Source: Deferribacterales bacterium | GTDB taxonomy: Bacteria > Chrysiogenota > Deferribacteres > Deferribacterales > Geovibrionaceae | DNA: 64,000 nucleotides | Assembly: GCA_050253075.1 (NCBI GenBank) | Contig: JBFWJS010000003.1 | Span: 373,458 to 437,457 of the forward strand | Reading direction: 5' to 3' | Shown: positions 45,316 through 55,566 of the stretch, one piece after another | Layout: every line of letters begins with the position of its first letter | How positions within the stretch are numbered: the first letter of the stretch is position 1 | The notes under the pieces: generated by a model | Seen by the model: the letters and a program-made list of their open reading frames with translations, nothing else | Databases searched by the model: none | Told to the model about the DNA's origin: nothing | Position numbers and translations under genes: made by a program

Positions 45316-47436
45316 ATGCAGGAAAAGTTATATAGCGAATTTTCATTTCAAAGATCCCACATCAGCAGTGTTATCGAGCTCCATCTCGATGGCAATACAG
45401 TCCCGTTCATCGCCCGATACCGTAAAGAAAGAACAGGCAACATGGATGCCGAAGACATCCGAAATATCATAGAGAGATACGAATACCTCGGAAACCTTGA
45501 AAAACGCAAGGAAGAGGTGATAGCAGCCATAGACGAGCGTGGAAAGCTGACGGAAGAGCTGAAAAAGGCCATACTGAAAGCCGAAACCATGAAAGAGGTG
45601 GAAGACCTCTACGCCCCTTATAAATCCAAAAAGAAAACAAAAGCAGACCTCGCCCGTGAAGCCGGGCTGGAGCCGCTCGCTCTGTTCATCAGGTCAAATG
45701 CGTCACTCGCATCACTCGATGCCGAAGCGGCGAAATACATAAACGAAGCCGTGGCAGATGCCGACACAGCCATCACTATGGCATCAGACATCATCACCGA
45801 AGAGATAGGGCATGATCCTGAAATAAAGGCCCGTCTGAGAGAGCTGTATGAAAACAATGCAGAGCTCGTCTCCGCTCAGAAGACAGACTCCAAAGAGCGC
45901 AACCCATACGAAGACTATTATGATTTCCGCCAGAAGATAAAGGATGTGCCCCCGCACAGAGTGCTCGCCATGTTCCGCGGAGAGCGTGAAAAGATACTTA
46001 AACTGAAAGTAGAGATAGATGAGACAATGTGCCTCAACGCCATCGGAAAGATATGTAAGGACAAGGAGATGGCAGAGAACGACATCACCCTTAAATGCAT
46101 GCGTCAGGCTCTGAAAAAGATGCTGGAGCTCTCGCTCGAGCTGGAGTTCAGAGGCGAGCTGAAAGACAAAGGGGAGATAAAGGCAATCTCTGTTTTCGCA
46201 GAAAACCTTAAAAACCTGCTCCTCACCCCGACAGTGCGTAATAAAGTGATCATGGGCATCGACCCCGCATTCCGCACAGGGTGTAAATACGCAGTGGTAG
46301 ACACCACGGGCAAGCTGCTCGACTATGGCGTCATGTACCCTACAAAACCACAGGAAGACTATCACTCGAGCCGTAAGATAATGCTCGACACCATAAAAAA
46401 GAACGGCGTACATGCCATAGCCATAGGCAACGGTACAGCCAGCCGTGAGACAGAGGAATTTGTCGCAGGCGTCATATCAGACGACGGACTGGACATACAG
46501 TACACCATAGTCAGCGAAGCGGGAGCGAGCGTTTATTCCGCAGGTGACGTGGCAAAGAGAGAGTTCCCCGAGCTGGATGTATCCATCCGTGGAGCTATCT
46601 CCATAGCCAGGCGTGTGCTCGACCCTCTGGCAGAGCTGGTGAAGATAGACCCGAAATCTATCGGCGTGGGCATGTATCAGCACGACGTCACAGGCAAAAA
46701 GCTGGAGAAATCACTCTCTGACGTGGTGGAGGATGTGGTGAACAACGTCGGCGTAGACCTTAACACCGCAAGCCCGTCGCTCCTTTCATACGTGTCAGGG
46801 CTCAGCGAATCCCTCGCTGAAAAAATAGTAAAGCACAGGCAGTCCATCGGACGCTTTGCCAGCAGGAAGGACCTGCTGAAGGTGGACGGAGTAGGCGAAC
46901 TGACATTCAGACAGTCTGCGGGCTTCCTTAAGATTTACGGCGGTCAGGAGAGGCTGGACAGCATGTTTATCCACCCTGAGAACTATGATGCCGTATACGC
47001 ATTCCTCGATGCGGTGAACCTCTCCAGTGATAAGACAGAGCTGGTGAAGCTCGCCGTAAAGGATAAGAATGTTAAATCCCTCGCCGAAAAGCTCGGCATA
47101 GGCGAATATACCATCAAAGACATCATGGACAACCTTGAAAAACCTGACAGGGACATCAGAGATAATGTTGACCCTGTGGTGTTCAAACAGGGTATACTGT
47201 CCATAGACAGCCTGAAAGAGGGCGATATCCTCACCGGTAAGGTGAGCAACGTTGTGGATTTCGGCGCATTTGTCGATGTGGGGCTTAAGAATGACGGCCT
47301 CGTACACATATCACAGCTCGCAGACAGATTTGTCAGCGACCCTGCCGAGGTGGTTAAGGTGGGGCAGACTGTGAAGACAAGGGTGCTGAGCATAGATAAA
47401 GAGAGGGGCAGACTCTCTCTCAGTATGAAGGTGTAA
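45316..47436 (+). CDS. tex: Tex family RNA-binding transcriptional accessory protein
   Basis: TVPFIARYRKE, IDPAFRTGCK, SEAGASVYS, IGVG.YQHD, C-terminal S1 domain. Confidence 0.95.
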   Translation: MQEKLYSEFSFQRSHISSVIELHLDGNTVPFIARYRKERTGNMDAEDIRNIIERYEYLGNLEKRKEEVIAAIDERGKLTEELKKAILKAETMKEVEDLYAPYKSKKKTKADLAREAGLEPLALFIRSNASLASLDAEAAKYINEAVADADTAITMASDIITEEIGHDPEIKARLRELYENNAELVSAQKTDSKERNPYEDYYDFRQKIKDVPPHRVLAMFRGEREKILKLKVEIDETMCLNAIGKICKDKEMAENDITLKCMRQALKKMLELSLELEFRGELKDKGEIKAISVFAENLKNLLLTPTVRNKVIMGIDPAFRTGCKYAVVDTTGKLLDYGVMYPTKPQEDYHSSRKIMLDTIKKNGVHAIAIGNGTASRETEEFVAGVISDDGLDIQYTIVSEAGASVYSAGDVAKREFPELDVSIRGAISIARRVLDPLAELVKIDPKSIGVGMYQHDVTGKKLEKSLSDVVEDVVNNVGVDLNTASPSLLSYVSGLSESLAEKIVKHRQSIGRFASRKDLLKVDGVGELTFRQSAGFLKIYGGQERLDSMFIHPENYDAVYAFLDAVNLSSDKTELVKLAVKDKNVKSLAEKLGIGEYTIKDIMDNLEKPDRDIRDNVDPVVFKQGILSIDSLKEGDILTGKVSNVVDFGAFVDVGLKNDGLVHISQLADRFVSDPAEVVKVGQTVKTRVLSIDKERGRLSLSMKV

Positions 47437-47437
47437 T

Positions 47438-48601
47438 ATGTTTATTCTGGACGAACCTTATGCTTCCGACCTGTTGATACAAACACTGAAGCGAAACAAG
47501 TATCCTGTTCTCCTTAATGACTTTGTGAAGAACAACACTAATATGTGCGAGCTGATGGTGTTGTCGGATGAGCGTTTCATAGAGCGTTTCCATACGAAAC
47601 CACTGATATATACCAATTCTGAAAACGCAATAAGCTGGATAAACGACAACCTTATGTTCTCAGACCTGATCGAGCGCATCGACATGTTTAAAAACAAAGG
47701 TAAGTTCCGTGATATGCTCTCGGGCATGTTTCCCGCATTTTACTATAAAGAAGTGCTCCTCGAAGAGCTCGAATCCATAAAGGTCAAAGACCTCCAGTTT
47801 CCTTTCATAATCAAGCCTACGGTGGGCTTTTTCAGCCTAGGCGTGCATTATGTAGAGAATGAAGATAGCTGGAAGGACGTCAGGTTTAAGCTGATCGAAG
47901 AGACCAAAAAGATAAAAGACTATTACCCTGAGGATGTTCTCGACTCTTCGGGATTCATCATCGAAGAGGTCATCGAAGGTGTGGAGTATGCCATAGACGG
48001 ATACTTCGACGCTTACGGCGAGCCGACTGTGCTGAATGTGCTTAAGCATTATTTCGCAGGTGTTGAGGATGTCTCCGACAGGGTGTATGTCACATCCGTA
48101 GACATAGTGGAGGACGTGCATGAGAAGGTGATGCGTTTCCTCACATCCCTCGGCAGACTTGCCGTTGTGAAGAACTTCCCGTTTCACCTTGAGATACGCA
48201 TAGACGACAAGGGCAATATGATACCCATCGAGATGAACCCTATGAGGTTCGCAGGTTGGTGCTGTACTGATATCTCTATGTTTGCATACGGATTCAGCAC
48301 ATATGAATATTTTATGGAAAATAAGCAGCCCGACTGGAAAGAGATACGCAAAAAAGCAGGCAGCAATGTGACAGCTATGTGCGTTATTGAAAAGGGTTCC
48401 CACATAGACGATGCGACCCTCGCAGGATTTGACTATGCAAAGCTGAGAGGCTCTTTCAGCAAGGTTTACGAACTGCGTGAGACAGACTATATGAAGTATG
48501 GCGTCTTCGGATTTGTATTCGTCGGCGTAGACAGTGAAGACTCGCCCGAGCTGAAAAATATATTGAACAGCGACCTTTCGGAGTTTCTGATAACAAAATA
48601 G
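47438..48601 (+). CDS. ATP-grasp domain protein
   Basis: FK.K..FR, PFIIKP..GFFSLGV, IIEE.I.G.EYAID, IEMNP.RF.G. Confidence 0.85.
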   Translation: MFILDEPYASDLLIQTLKRNKYPVLLNDFVKNNTNMCELMVLSDERFIERFHTKPLIYTNSENAISWINDNLMFSDLIERIDMFKNKGKFRDMLSGMFPAFYYKEVLLEELESIKVKDLQFPFIIKPTVGFFSLGVHYVENEDSWKDVRFKLIEETKKIKDYYPEDVLDSSGFIIEEVIEGVEYAIDGYFDAYGEPTVLNVLKHYFAGVEDVSDRVYVTSVDIVEDVHEKVMRFLTSLGRLAVVKNFPFHLEIRIDDKGNMIPIEMNPMRFAGWCCTDISMFAYGFSTYEYFMENKQPDWKEIRKKAGSNVTAMCVIEKGSHIDDATLAGFDYAKLRGSFSKVYELRETDYMKYGVFGFVFVGVDSEDSPELKNILNSDLSEFLITK

Positions 48602-48660
48602 TTTTTACCGATTTCCTTGAACTGTGCCCCCTTTATGTTAATGTTATATATCAGGGGGCA

Positions 48661-50013
48661 ATGATTATGCATTACGACGTTATATGTATCGGAACAGGCG
48701 GAGCGGGAAACACCGCATCATTCAGGCTCGCAGCAGCGGGTAAAAAGGTTCTCATATGCGACTATAAGCAGTTTGGCGGAACATGCGCCATATCAGGATG
48801 CGACCCGAAAAAGGTCATGATAACCGCTGCGGAATTCGCTGATTTCAACAGACGCCTGGCATCAAAGAATGTCACAGACGGCGTTATGCCCCTCTCTTGG
48901 CAGGGGATGATGGCTCACAAGCGTGAATTCACGGGCAATCATTCATCAAGACTAAAGTATAAATACGATAAAGCAGGGATAGACTATGTGGAGGGGAAAG
49001 CCTCCTTCACAGGTGAAAACTCCCTTAAGATAAACGGCAAAGAATACACATTCGATCAGGCATTCATCGGTACAGGCTCAAAGCCCCTTGTGCTCCCTTT
49101 CAAAGGCTTTGAGTATGTGTGCGACAACGAATGCTTCCTTAACCTCGACAGTCTGCCAAATAACGTCCTATTCATCGGCGGCGGATACATATCCATCGAG
49201 TTCGCAAATATCGCAAATGCATTTGGAGCGGAGACAACTATCGTGCAGGTGGATAAAAGGCTCGTCCCCAGCTTTGAGGAAGACATCGTAGACGTGATGG
49301 TCGAATCCCTCAAACACAAAGGGATAGGCATCGTGACCAATGCCCGTGTGAACAGCATAGAGAAAAACGGCGATAAATATATAGTGTATATAGACACCCC
49401 GGACGGGCAGATCACAAAGGACGTAGACCTTGTGATCCACGGAGCGGGCAGGGTGGCGCACCTCGACGGTCTATCGACAGAATCCGCAGGGGTAGAGATA
49501 TCCCGCAGAGGCGTCGTGGTGAACGAATATATGCAGACCACAAACCCGAGGATATATGCAGGGGGCGACTGTACGGACACCGAAGGGTATCTGCTCTCTC
49601 CTATCGCATTTATGGAAGGGTATATCGCAGCGTCAAACATGCTGGAAGGGAACAATAAAAAGCCCGACTATATACATACAGGGACTGTTATGTTCAATGT
49701 GCCGGGGATAGCTGCCGTCGGATATACGGAGAAGCAGGCGAAAGATATGGGGCTGAATTATCGTGTGAGGTATCAGCGGACGGAGCACTGGTTTACATCT
49801 TTCCGTCAGGCAGAGCAGTTTTCGGCGTATAAGGTGCTGATAGAGAATGATACTAATAAAATACTCGGCGCGCACATGATCGGACCGCACGCCGAGGACA
49901 TTATAAATCTTTTCGTAATAGCGATGAAACAGGGGATGACAACGGGGGACTTGAAGAAGATTATCTATGCCTACCCGACAGCTTCGTCGGACATTCTGCA
50001 TATGATAGACTGA
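48661..50013 (+). CDS. pyridine nucleotide-disulfide oxidoreductase (glutathione reductase-like)
   Basis: G.GGAG, GGTCAISGCDP, GGGYISIEF, YAGGDC, C-terminal YPT. Confidence 0.9.
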   Translation: MIMHYDVICIGTGGAGNTASFRLAAAGKKVLICDYKQFGGTCAISGCDPKKVMITAAEFADFNRRLASKNVTDGVMPLSWQGMMAHKREFTGNHSSRLKYKYDKAGIDYVEGKASFTGENSLKINGKEYTFDQAFIGTGSKPLVLPFKGFEYVCDNECFLNLDSLPNNVLFIGGGYISIEFANIANAFGAETTIVQVDKRLVPSFEEDIVDVMVESLKHKGIGIVTNARVNSIEKNGDKYIVYIDTPDGQITKDVDLVIHGAGRVAHLDGLSTESAGVEISRRGVVVNEYMQTTNPRIYAGGDCTDTEGYLLSPIAFMEGYIAASNMLEGNNKKPDYIHTGTVMFNVPGIAAVGYTEKQAKDMGLNYRVRYQRTEHWFTSFRQAEQFSAYKVLIENDTNKILGAHMIGPHAEDIINLFVIAMKQGMTTGDLKKIIYAYPTASSDILHMID

Positions 50014-50996
50014 TTTACCCCTGCGAAATATTCGTCCAGCAGGCTGATGATCTGCGCCTCTGTGCGCAGGCTGAACAGGGCATTGCGGAAAGGTGTTACA
50101 TTCGGCAGCCCCTTGAGAAACCATACGATGTATTTCTTTATGGTTTCCAGGAACTTACGGTCGCCTTTGAATTCCTTTTCGTATTCTATCATGTCTCTTA
50201 TGAGAGAGTAGAGCTCGTCTAAGCTGAGGAAGCCGTTAGGGTCTTTTTCTGCTGCTATGCTGGCGAATATCCACGGCTGTTTCATCATGCCCCGTCCTAT
50301 CATAACGCCGTCCACGCCAGTTGCCAGCATCCTTTGATAAGATTCATAGTCGACTATGTCGCCGTTGCCTATGATGGGCAGTTTCGCTTTGGATTTTGCC
50401 TCTGCGATGAGGTCATAGTGTGCTTGTCCTGAGTACATTTCCGTCTTTGTCCTGCCGTGCAGGGTGACAGCCTCTGCGCCCTCTTCGTATGCTATGTGTA
50501 TCATCTCGTTGCAGTTCAGCGAGTTTTTATCCCAGCCGAGGCGCATCTTAACAGTCAGCATGGCATCGTCGCCCAGAGCTTTTCTTGCCGCTGCGATGAC
50601 CTTCGCTGCGTTTGCAGGGTCTTTCATCATTGCGCTTCCGCTACCTGATTTCAGAACCTTTTTCACGGGGCATCCCATGTTTATGTCTACTATGTTTGTG
50701 GGGATATTATCTTTTATAAAGGCTATCGCCTCTGTGAATGCTTCGGGTTTCCCGCCGAAGAGCTGTATGCCTATGGGTTTGTCTGATTCTGATATCTGAA
50801 GGTATTCGATGGTCTTGTCCACATGTCTGCGGAGCCCCTCGACACTGACCATTTCAGTATATATCAGCCCGTCGAAGAACCTGCGCACCATCCTGCGGAA
50901 AGCGGGCGTAGTAACCCCTGCGAGAGGCGCTCCTATCATGTTGTTATGCTGAAGTATCTGACGGATTCTACTTGTTGATGTGCTGCATTCTGTCAT
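49971..50996 (-). CDS. dusB: tRNA-dihydrouridine synthase (DusB-like)
   Basis: APLAG, DINMGCP, KMRLG, HGRT, NGDI, MIGRG; start uncertain. Confidence 0.88.
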   Translation of the reverse strand: MTECSTSTSRIRQILQHNNMIGAPLAGVTTPAFRRMVRRFFDGLIYTEMVSVEGLRRHVDKTIEYLQISESDKPIGIQLFGGKPEAFTEAIAFIKDNIPTNIVDINMGCPVKKVLKSGSGSAMMKDPANAAKVIAAARKALGDDAMLTVKMRLGWDKNSLNCNEMIHIAYEEGAEAVTLHGRTKTEMYSGQAHYDLIAEAKSKAKLPIIGNGDIVDYESYQRMLATGVDGVMIGRGMMKQPWIFASIAAEKDPNGFLSLDELYSLIRDMIEYEKEFKGDRKFLETIKKYIVWFLKGLPNVTPFRNALFSLRTEAQIISLLDEYFAGVNQSIICRMSDEAVG

Positions 50997-51951
50997 GTGC
51001 TGTTTCGTCCAGTGATGCGAACTTTCTTTGTCCGAAAAATTTAAACGCCGTATAGGCTATCATATCGCCGTTGTCTGTGCAGAGTCTTGGTGAGGGGAAG
51101 AAGACCTCAAAGCCTTTCTTCGCCTGAAATGCACGTCTGATGTATCCGTTGCAAGCGACACCGCCCGCCACGACTATCTTTTGCCTGCCCAGCTCTTTTG
51201 CTATTCGCAGGACTTTCAGCGTGAGGGTGTCAGCCACAGTCTTTTGGAAAGAGGCGGCTATGTCTGCGTGGGATTCCACGCCGTCGTTTATCTGGTTCAG
51301 CACGGCTGTTTTCAGCCCGCTGAATGAAAAGTCCGGTCTGTTCTTTATGGCTATGGGGAGCTTGATCTTGTTTTCGTCACCTGTCTCGGCGAGCTTTTCT
51401 ATCATAGGTCCGCCCGGATATCCGAGCCCGAGCATCTTCGCCACTTTGTCGAATGATTCGCCAGCTGCGTCGTCTATGGTGCGTGCCAGCAGCTCAAAGT
51501 TATATGCGCCGTCTATGTCGTATATATGTGTGTGTCCGCCGGAGATGATGAGAGCCATGTATGGAGCCTCTAGCCCCTGATGCTGCAGCTCGGCAGCCAG
51601 TATATGTGCGGATAGGTGATTTACGGGAACCACGGGGATGTTCAGAGCATAGCCCAGAGCCTTTGCGAATGATACGCCCACAAATAGCGCACCGATAAGC
51701 CCTGGTGCGTTTGTCACGCCGATGGCGTCGAGGTCGTTCGGGGTAATCCCCGCCTTTTCCATGCACTGCTCAAAGAGCGATTCCAGCTTAAGGATGTGGT
51801 TACGTGATGCAACCTCGGGAACAACACCGCCGAACTTGCTGTGCAGTTCCGCCTGTGAGCTTGTGAAGGTCGCCAGTATTTCGTGTTTTACAGAATCGTA
51901 GACCGCCAGAGACGTTTCGTCGCAGGAGGACTCTATGCCGAGTATTATCAC
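50968..51951 (-). CDS. tsaD: tRNA N6-threonylcarbamoyltransferase
   Basis: GIESSCDET, GGVVPEVASRNH, NHLSAH, SGGHT, DDAAGE.FDK, TDNG.MIA. Confidence 0.97.
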   Translation of the reverse strand: MIILGIESSCDETSLAVYDSVKHEILATFTSSQAELHSKFGGVVPEVASRNHILKLESLFEQCMEKAGITPNDLDAIGVTNAPGLIGALFVGVSFAKALGYALNIPVVPVNHLSAHILAAELQHQGLEAPYMALIISGGHTHIYDIDGAYNFELLARTIDDAAGESFDKVAKMLGLGYPGGPMIEKLAETGDENKIKLPIAIKNRPDFSFSGLKTAVLNQINDGVESHADIAASFQKTVADTLTLKVLRIAKELGRQKIVVAGGVACNGYIRRAFQAKKGFEVFFPSPRLCTDNGDMIAYTAFKFFGQRKFASLDETAHDRMQHINK

Positions 51952-53165
51952 TTTTGTGTAAGCTCCAATGCAGAGACAAGGTGATACCCTGCTTTTTCAA
52001 GCTCGGGCATTATCTTTTTAAGGGCGTGAACGGTGTTCTCGCGCAGGTGGCCTATCATTATGACATTGCCGTCGCTGCGTGCTATCTCTGCTCCTTCGAT
52101 AATCTTGGAGCGAATATAGCCGTAATCTGATTCGTTGTCTATGAATTTACGGTTTATACCGCACTCAAATCCTGCTGCTTTACACTCATCGTATGCAACG
52201 GTGTTTGCCGCTGTGTAGCTGTCTACGAATGTCGTTGTGTATGGACGGATATATTTAAATATCTGCTGCATCTTCTGCTTGTCCTGTGTGATGGCGGAGC
52301 CCATGTGGTTGTTGAAGCCGTCTATCTGAGAACCGACACTTGCAACATTGCTTTCGAGGGATGCTTTTATCAGCTTTTCAGGCATGTTGAGCAGTATCGC
52401 TCCTTTGCCAGGGTCTGTCTTAGGGTATGATACAGGCTGCATAGGCTGATGCAGGAATATTGTCTTGCCTTTTTCTCTGCCTATTTTAGCTGTTTCGGAT
52501 GCGAATTTTGTATGAGGGATGATAGCCATTGTTATAGGATAGGGGATGTCTGCCAGCTCACGTGCCAGCTCTTCGCTGTATCCGCAGTCGTCTATGACAA
52601 ATGCTATGCTGTTCGGCAGAGGTTTTTTTACAACTGGTTTTTCCACGACCTTATCTGTTGTGAAGGTTATGGCTATCTTTACCAGAGGATTAACAGCGGA
52701 GAGCCCGTCTGCATCGGATACCGTCATGCCTATCTCGCTCAGCTTTTCGCTGATGGTGCGTTTCAACTCTATGGTCTCTATGTGTGCGGGGTCCAGCAGC
52801 ATCTTTATCTCTGTGGAGTCGTCTGATGCTACCTCTGTCTTTTCCTTTATGCTGGTTTTATCCAGCCCGTATGTAAAGAGCGCAATGTATACGGCGTCCA
52901 GCACATGCTCTGCATCGGCAGCCTGAACAGCCTCAGACGGTTTGCCTGTGATGCTTGCTGCCTGTGCGGGTGCGTCGCCCCTTATGACAAAGAGTGTCGC
53001 CACTGCTATCAGTATGACGGCAGCCACAGCCAGTGCGCCTGCTATCATGAGCGTCGTTACCTTCGGTTCGTTATCGTCTTTCTTTTTACCGTTATCACTT
53101 TTCGGAGCGGATGTGGTTATAGGTCTGCGGACCTTTGAGCCACCGCCGTTCTTCTTATTTCGCAT
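51948..53165 (-). CDS. divergent polysaccharide deacetylase (YibQ-like)
   Basis: IDDCG, HQPMQP, NNHMGS, FVDS, FIDN, IGH. Confidence 0.9.
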   Translation of the reverse strand: MRNKKNGGGSKVRRPITTSAPKSDNGKKKDDNEPKVTTLMIAGALAVAAVILIAVATLFVIRGDAPAQAASITGKPSEAVQAADAEHVLDAVYIALFTYGLDKTSIKEKTEVASDDSTEIKMLLDPAHIETIELKRTISEKLSEIGMTVSDADGLSAVNPLVKIAITFTTDKVVEKPVVKKPLPNSIAFVIDDCGYSEELARELADIPYPITMAIIPHTKFASETAKIGREKGKTIFLHQPMQPVSYPKTDPGKGAILLNMPEKLIKASLESNVASVGSQIDGFNNHMGSAITQDKQKMQQIFKYIRPYTTTFVDSYTAANTVAYDECKAAGFECGINRKFIDNESDYGYIRSKIIEGAEIARSDGNVIMIGHLRENTVHALKKIMPELEKAGYHLVSALELTQK

Positions 53166-54387
53166 TCATTAGTTCCTTCATCTTGTCTACTGCGGCTTTG
53201 AGCTGGTTATCCTTTTCGAGGTCAACTGTTGCCACTGTCATGCTGACGGCTGAGTTCGCCAGTTCTTCTATCTCTTCTTCTGTGAGCTCTCTGTGCTCGA
53301 CTGTTATGTCGGGCTCGATGCCTATCTCGTGGATAGAACGCTCATTAGGTGTGAAGTATTTTGCTGTGGTCAGCTTTATGGCGGATCCGTCTATCAGAGG
53401 CATAACGCTCTGTACGGAGGCCTTGCCGTATGTTTTTTCACCCATTACTGTTGCTCTGCCGTAGTCCTGCAGTGCTCCTGTGAGGATCTCGGATGCGGAT
53501 GCGCTTCCTCCGTTTACGAGTAGAACGATAGGTGCATCGAGTTCTTTATATGAGAAGAGCTTGGATTTGTAATCCTGTCTGTTTTCTGCTCTGTCTTTTG
53601 TGAAGACCACTATCTTATTCGCAGGGAGGAATATGCTGGAGACATTGATAGCCTCTGTGAGCAGTCCGCCCGGGTTGTTACGCACGTCTATGATATAGCT
53701 TTTGGCTCCCTTGGCTTTCAGCTCTTCCATAGCTTCCACCACGGAGTCTGACAGGTTGTTTGTAAACTGAATGAGCCTTACATATCCGATGTTGCCTATC
53801 ATGTTGCTCTTCACGGAGCTTACTTTGATGATGTCTCTCGTGATGGTAACGTCGAAAGGCTTGCCCACGGATTCTCTGTGGATGGTGATAGTTACGTCTG
53901 TCTGAGGCTTTCCTCTGAGCTTTTTAACAGCGTCGTGCAGTGTGATGCCTGCTGTGCTCTCGTCCTCTATCTTTATGATCTGGTCACCTGCTTTGATGCC
54001 TTTCTTAGCCGCAGGTGTGTCCTCTATAGGGGAGATGACTGTCAGTATCTTTTCTCTCAGCCCTATTGTGATTCCCAGTCCGCCGAATTCGCCCTGTGTC
54101 TCTTCCTGAAATTCTTTCAGCATGTCAGGGTCAAAGAAGGTGGAGTGAGGATCAAGCTCTGCGAGCATGCCTTTGATAGCGCCGTATACGAGTGTCTTGT
54201 TATCTACATCTTCCACATAGTTATTTTCTATCAGGTGCATAACCTGTGTGAAAGTGTCTATGTTCTTATATTTTTCTGTTTTCGCCGCATAAGCGTCGGA
54301 TGTTTTTATGAGGAGTGCACTTGTGATTATGAGTGCGATAGTCATGAGCCCTAACAGGACGGGGGTCAGTCTGAATCTGAGTTTCAT
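53155..54387 (-). CDS. ctpA: carboxy-terminal processing protease S41
   Basis: LDPHS, PDZ domain, DVRNNPGGLL, SASASEI, GKASVQ. Confidence 0.92.
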   Translation of the reverse strand: MKLRFRLTPVLLGLMTIALIITSALLIKTSDAYAAKTEKYKNIDTFTQVMHLIENNYVEDVDNKTLVYGAIKGMLAELDPHSTFFDPDMLKEFQEETQGEFGGLGITIGLREKILTVISPIEDTPAAKKGIKAGDQIIKIEDESTAGITLHDAVKKLRGKPQTDVTITIHRESVGKPFDVTITRDIIKVSSVKSNMIGNIGYVRLIQFTNNLSDSVVEAMEELKAKGAKSYIIDVRNNPGGLLTEAINVSSIFLPANKIVVFTKDRAENRQDYKSKLFSYKELDAPIVLLVNGGSASASEILTGALQDYGRATVMGEKTYGKASVQSVMPLIDGSAIKLTTAKYFTPNERSIHEIGIEPDITVEHRELTEEEIEELANSAVSMTVATVDLEKDNQLKAAVDKMKELMNAK

Positions 54388-54405
54388 TTAATGCTCCTGT
54401 ATATT

Positions 54406-55566
54406 TTAAGACGTCAGCCACTTTTCGGGGTCAACAGCCTTGTCATGTATACGAATTTCAAAGTAAAGATAAGGCGTATTTCCCTCATGGTCAATATCTA
54501 TTGTCCCGAGAATCTCTCCCGAGTGTACTTTCTGGTTATTTTTAACAGTTATTTCGTCCATATTTGCATAAAGTGTGTAGTATCCGCCCGAATGTTCCAC
54601 AATGGCAAACCATCCGAGACCCCATGCGCTGTCCGTGTGTATGACCACTCCGTCATAGACGCTGGAGACATGGCGTTCGTTCGTTTCTATCTTTATACCT
54701 TTTTTCTGTACAACCCCTCTGAAACCTTTGACCTTTTTCGTGCCGAAATGTTCTATGATTTTTCCTTTTAGGGGCCACTCGAGCTTTCCTTCTGCTGCGG
54801 CGAAACCTTGCTTCAAGCCTTCAAACTTTCGTTCCTGACCTTGTTTCACCTGTGCGGCTTCCAGCTCTTTTATCTTGTTTTCCAGATCGTCCTGCTTCTC
54901 CTGAAGCATTGCGACATATTCTTTCTGTATCTTTTCATCCTCTTCGGCCATCTTGTACAGCTGCTTTACGAGGAGCTTGTTTGACTGGTACTGTTTTATA
55001 GTCTCCTGTTTTTCGTCGGCGGCTTCTTCCAGCTCAGCCTGCTTTGCGTGCAGTTTCTCCAGAGTGATTTCCATGTCTTTCTTATTTTCTTCCAGCTCAT
55101 GCACCATCTGGAACAGCTTGCTGTCCACTCGGGCGATTATCTGCAGCCCCGCGGTGACCTCTGTCAGTTCGTCGCCGAGGATGAGTGCCTCTAGTAGCTC
55201 TGTCTCTCCTGCGCCCGCCAGATAAAAATTTGCCGCTCTGATATTATCCTCGAGCTCCTTTTGTCTGGATGTCTGTTTTGTCTTCTGAAAGTTGAGAAAT
55301 GCTATGTCTTTCCCCGCCTGAGTGAGCCTTTTATTCAGCTTGTTTGCGAGCTTTTTATGATACTGCAGCTCGAGCTCTGCTTTTTTAAGCTCTTTTGCTG
55401 CTTTCAGTTTTTCGTTTTTAAGTGTGCTTATCTCGTTCTTTTCGACGGTGATCATATCTTTTATCTGAGACAGGTTCTTATCAGACCGAGATATCTCGTC
55501 GGCGATGTCACCGGCGAAGAGGGGCGAGCTTATCAGCATGGCGAGCATAAAAAGTCTAAATTTCAT
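54406..55566 (-). CDS. envC: murein hydrolase activator (coiled coil plus degenerate M23)
   Basis: long coiled coil; L.WP..G; LYFEIR; follows ftsEX. Confidence 0.85.
   Translation of the reverse strand: MKFRLFMLAMLISSPLFAGDIADEISRSDKNLSQIKDMITVEKNEISTLKNEKLKAAKELKKAELELQYHKKLANKLNKRLTQAGKDIAFLNFQKTKQTSRQKELEDNIRAANFYLAGAGETELLEALILGDELTEVTAGLQIIARVDSKLFQMVHELEENKKDMEITLEKLHAKQAELEEAADEKQETIKQYQSNKLLVKQLYKMAEEDEKIQKEYVAMLQEKQDDLENKIKELEAAQVKQGQERKFEGLKQGFAAAEGKLEWPLKGKIIEHFGTKKVKGFRGVVQKKGIKIETNERHVSSVYDGVVIHTDSAWGLGWFAIVEHSGGYYTLYANMDEITVKNNQKVHSGEILGTIDIDHEGNTPYLYFEIRIHDKAVDPEKWLTS

Noticed and set aside
48625..48645. dif-like site (TTATGTTAA)
   Set aside because: Only a partial XerD arm; no XerC arm at the right spacing
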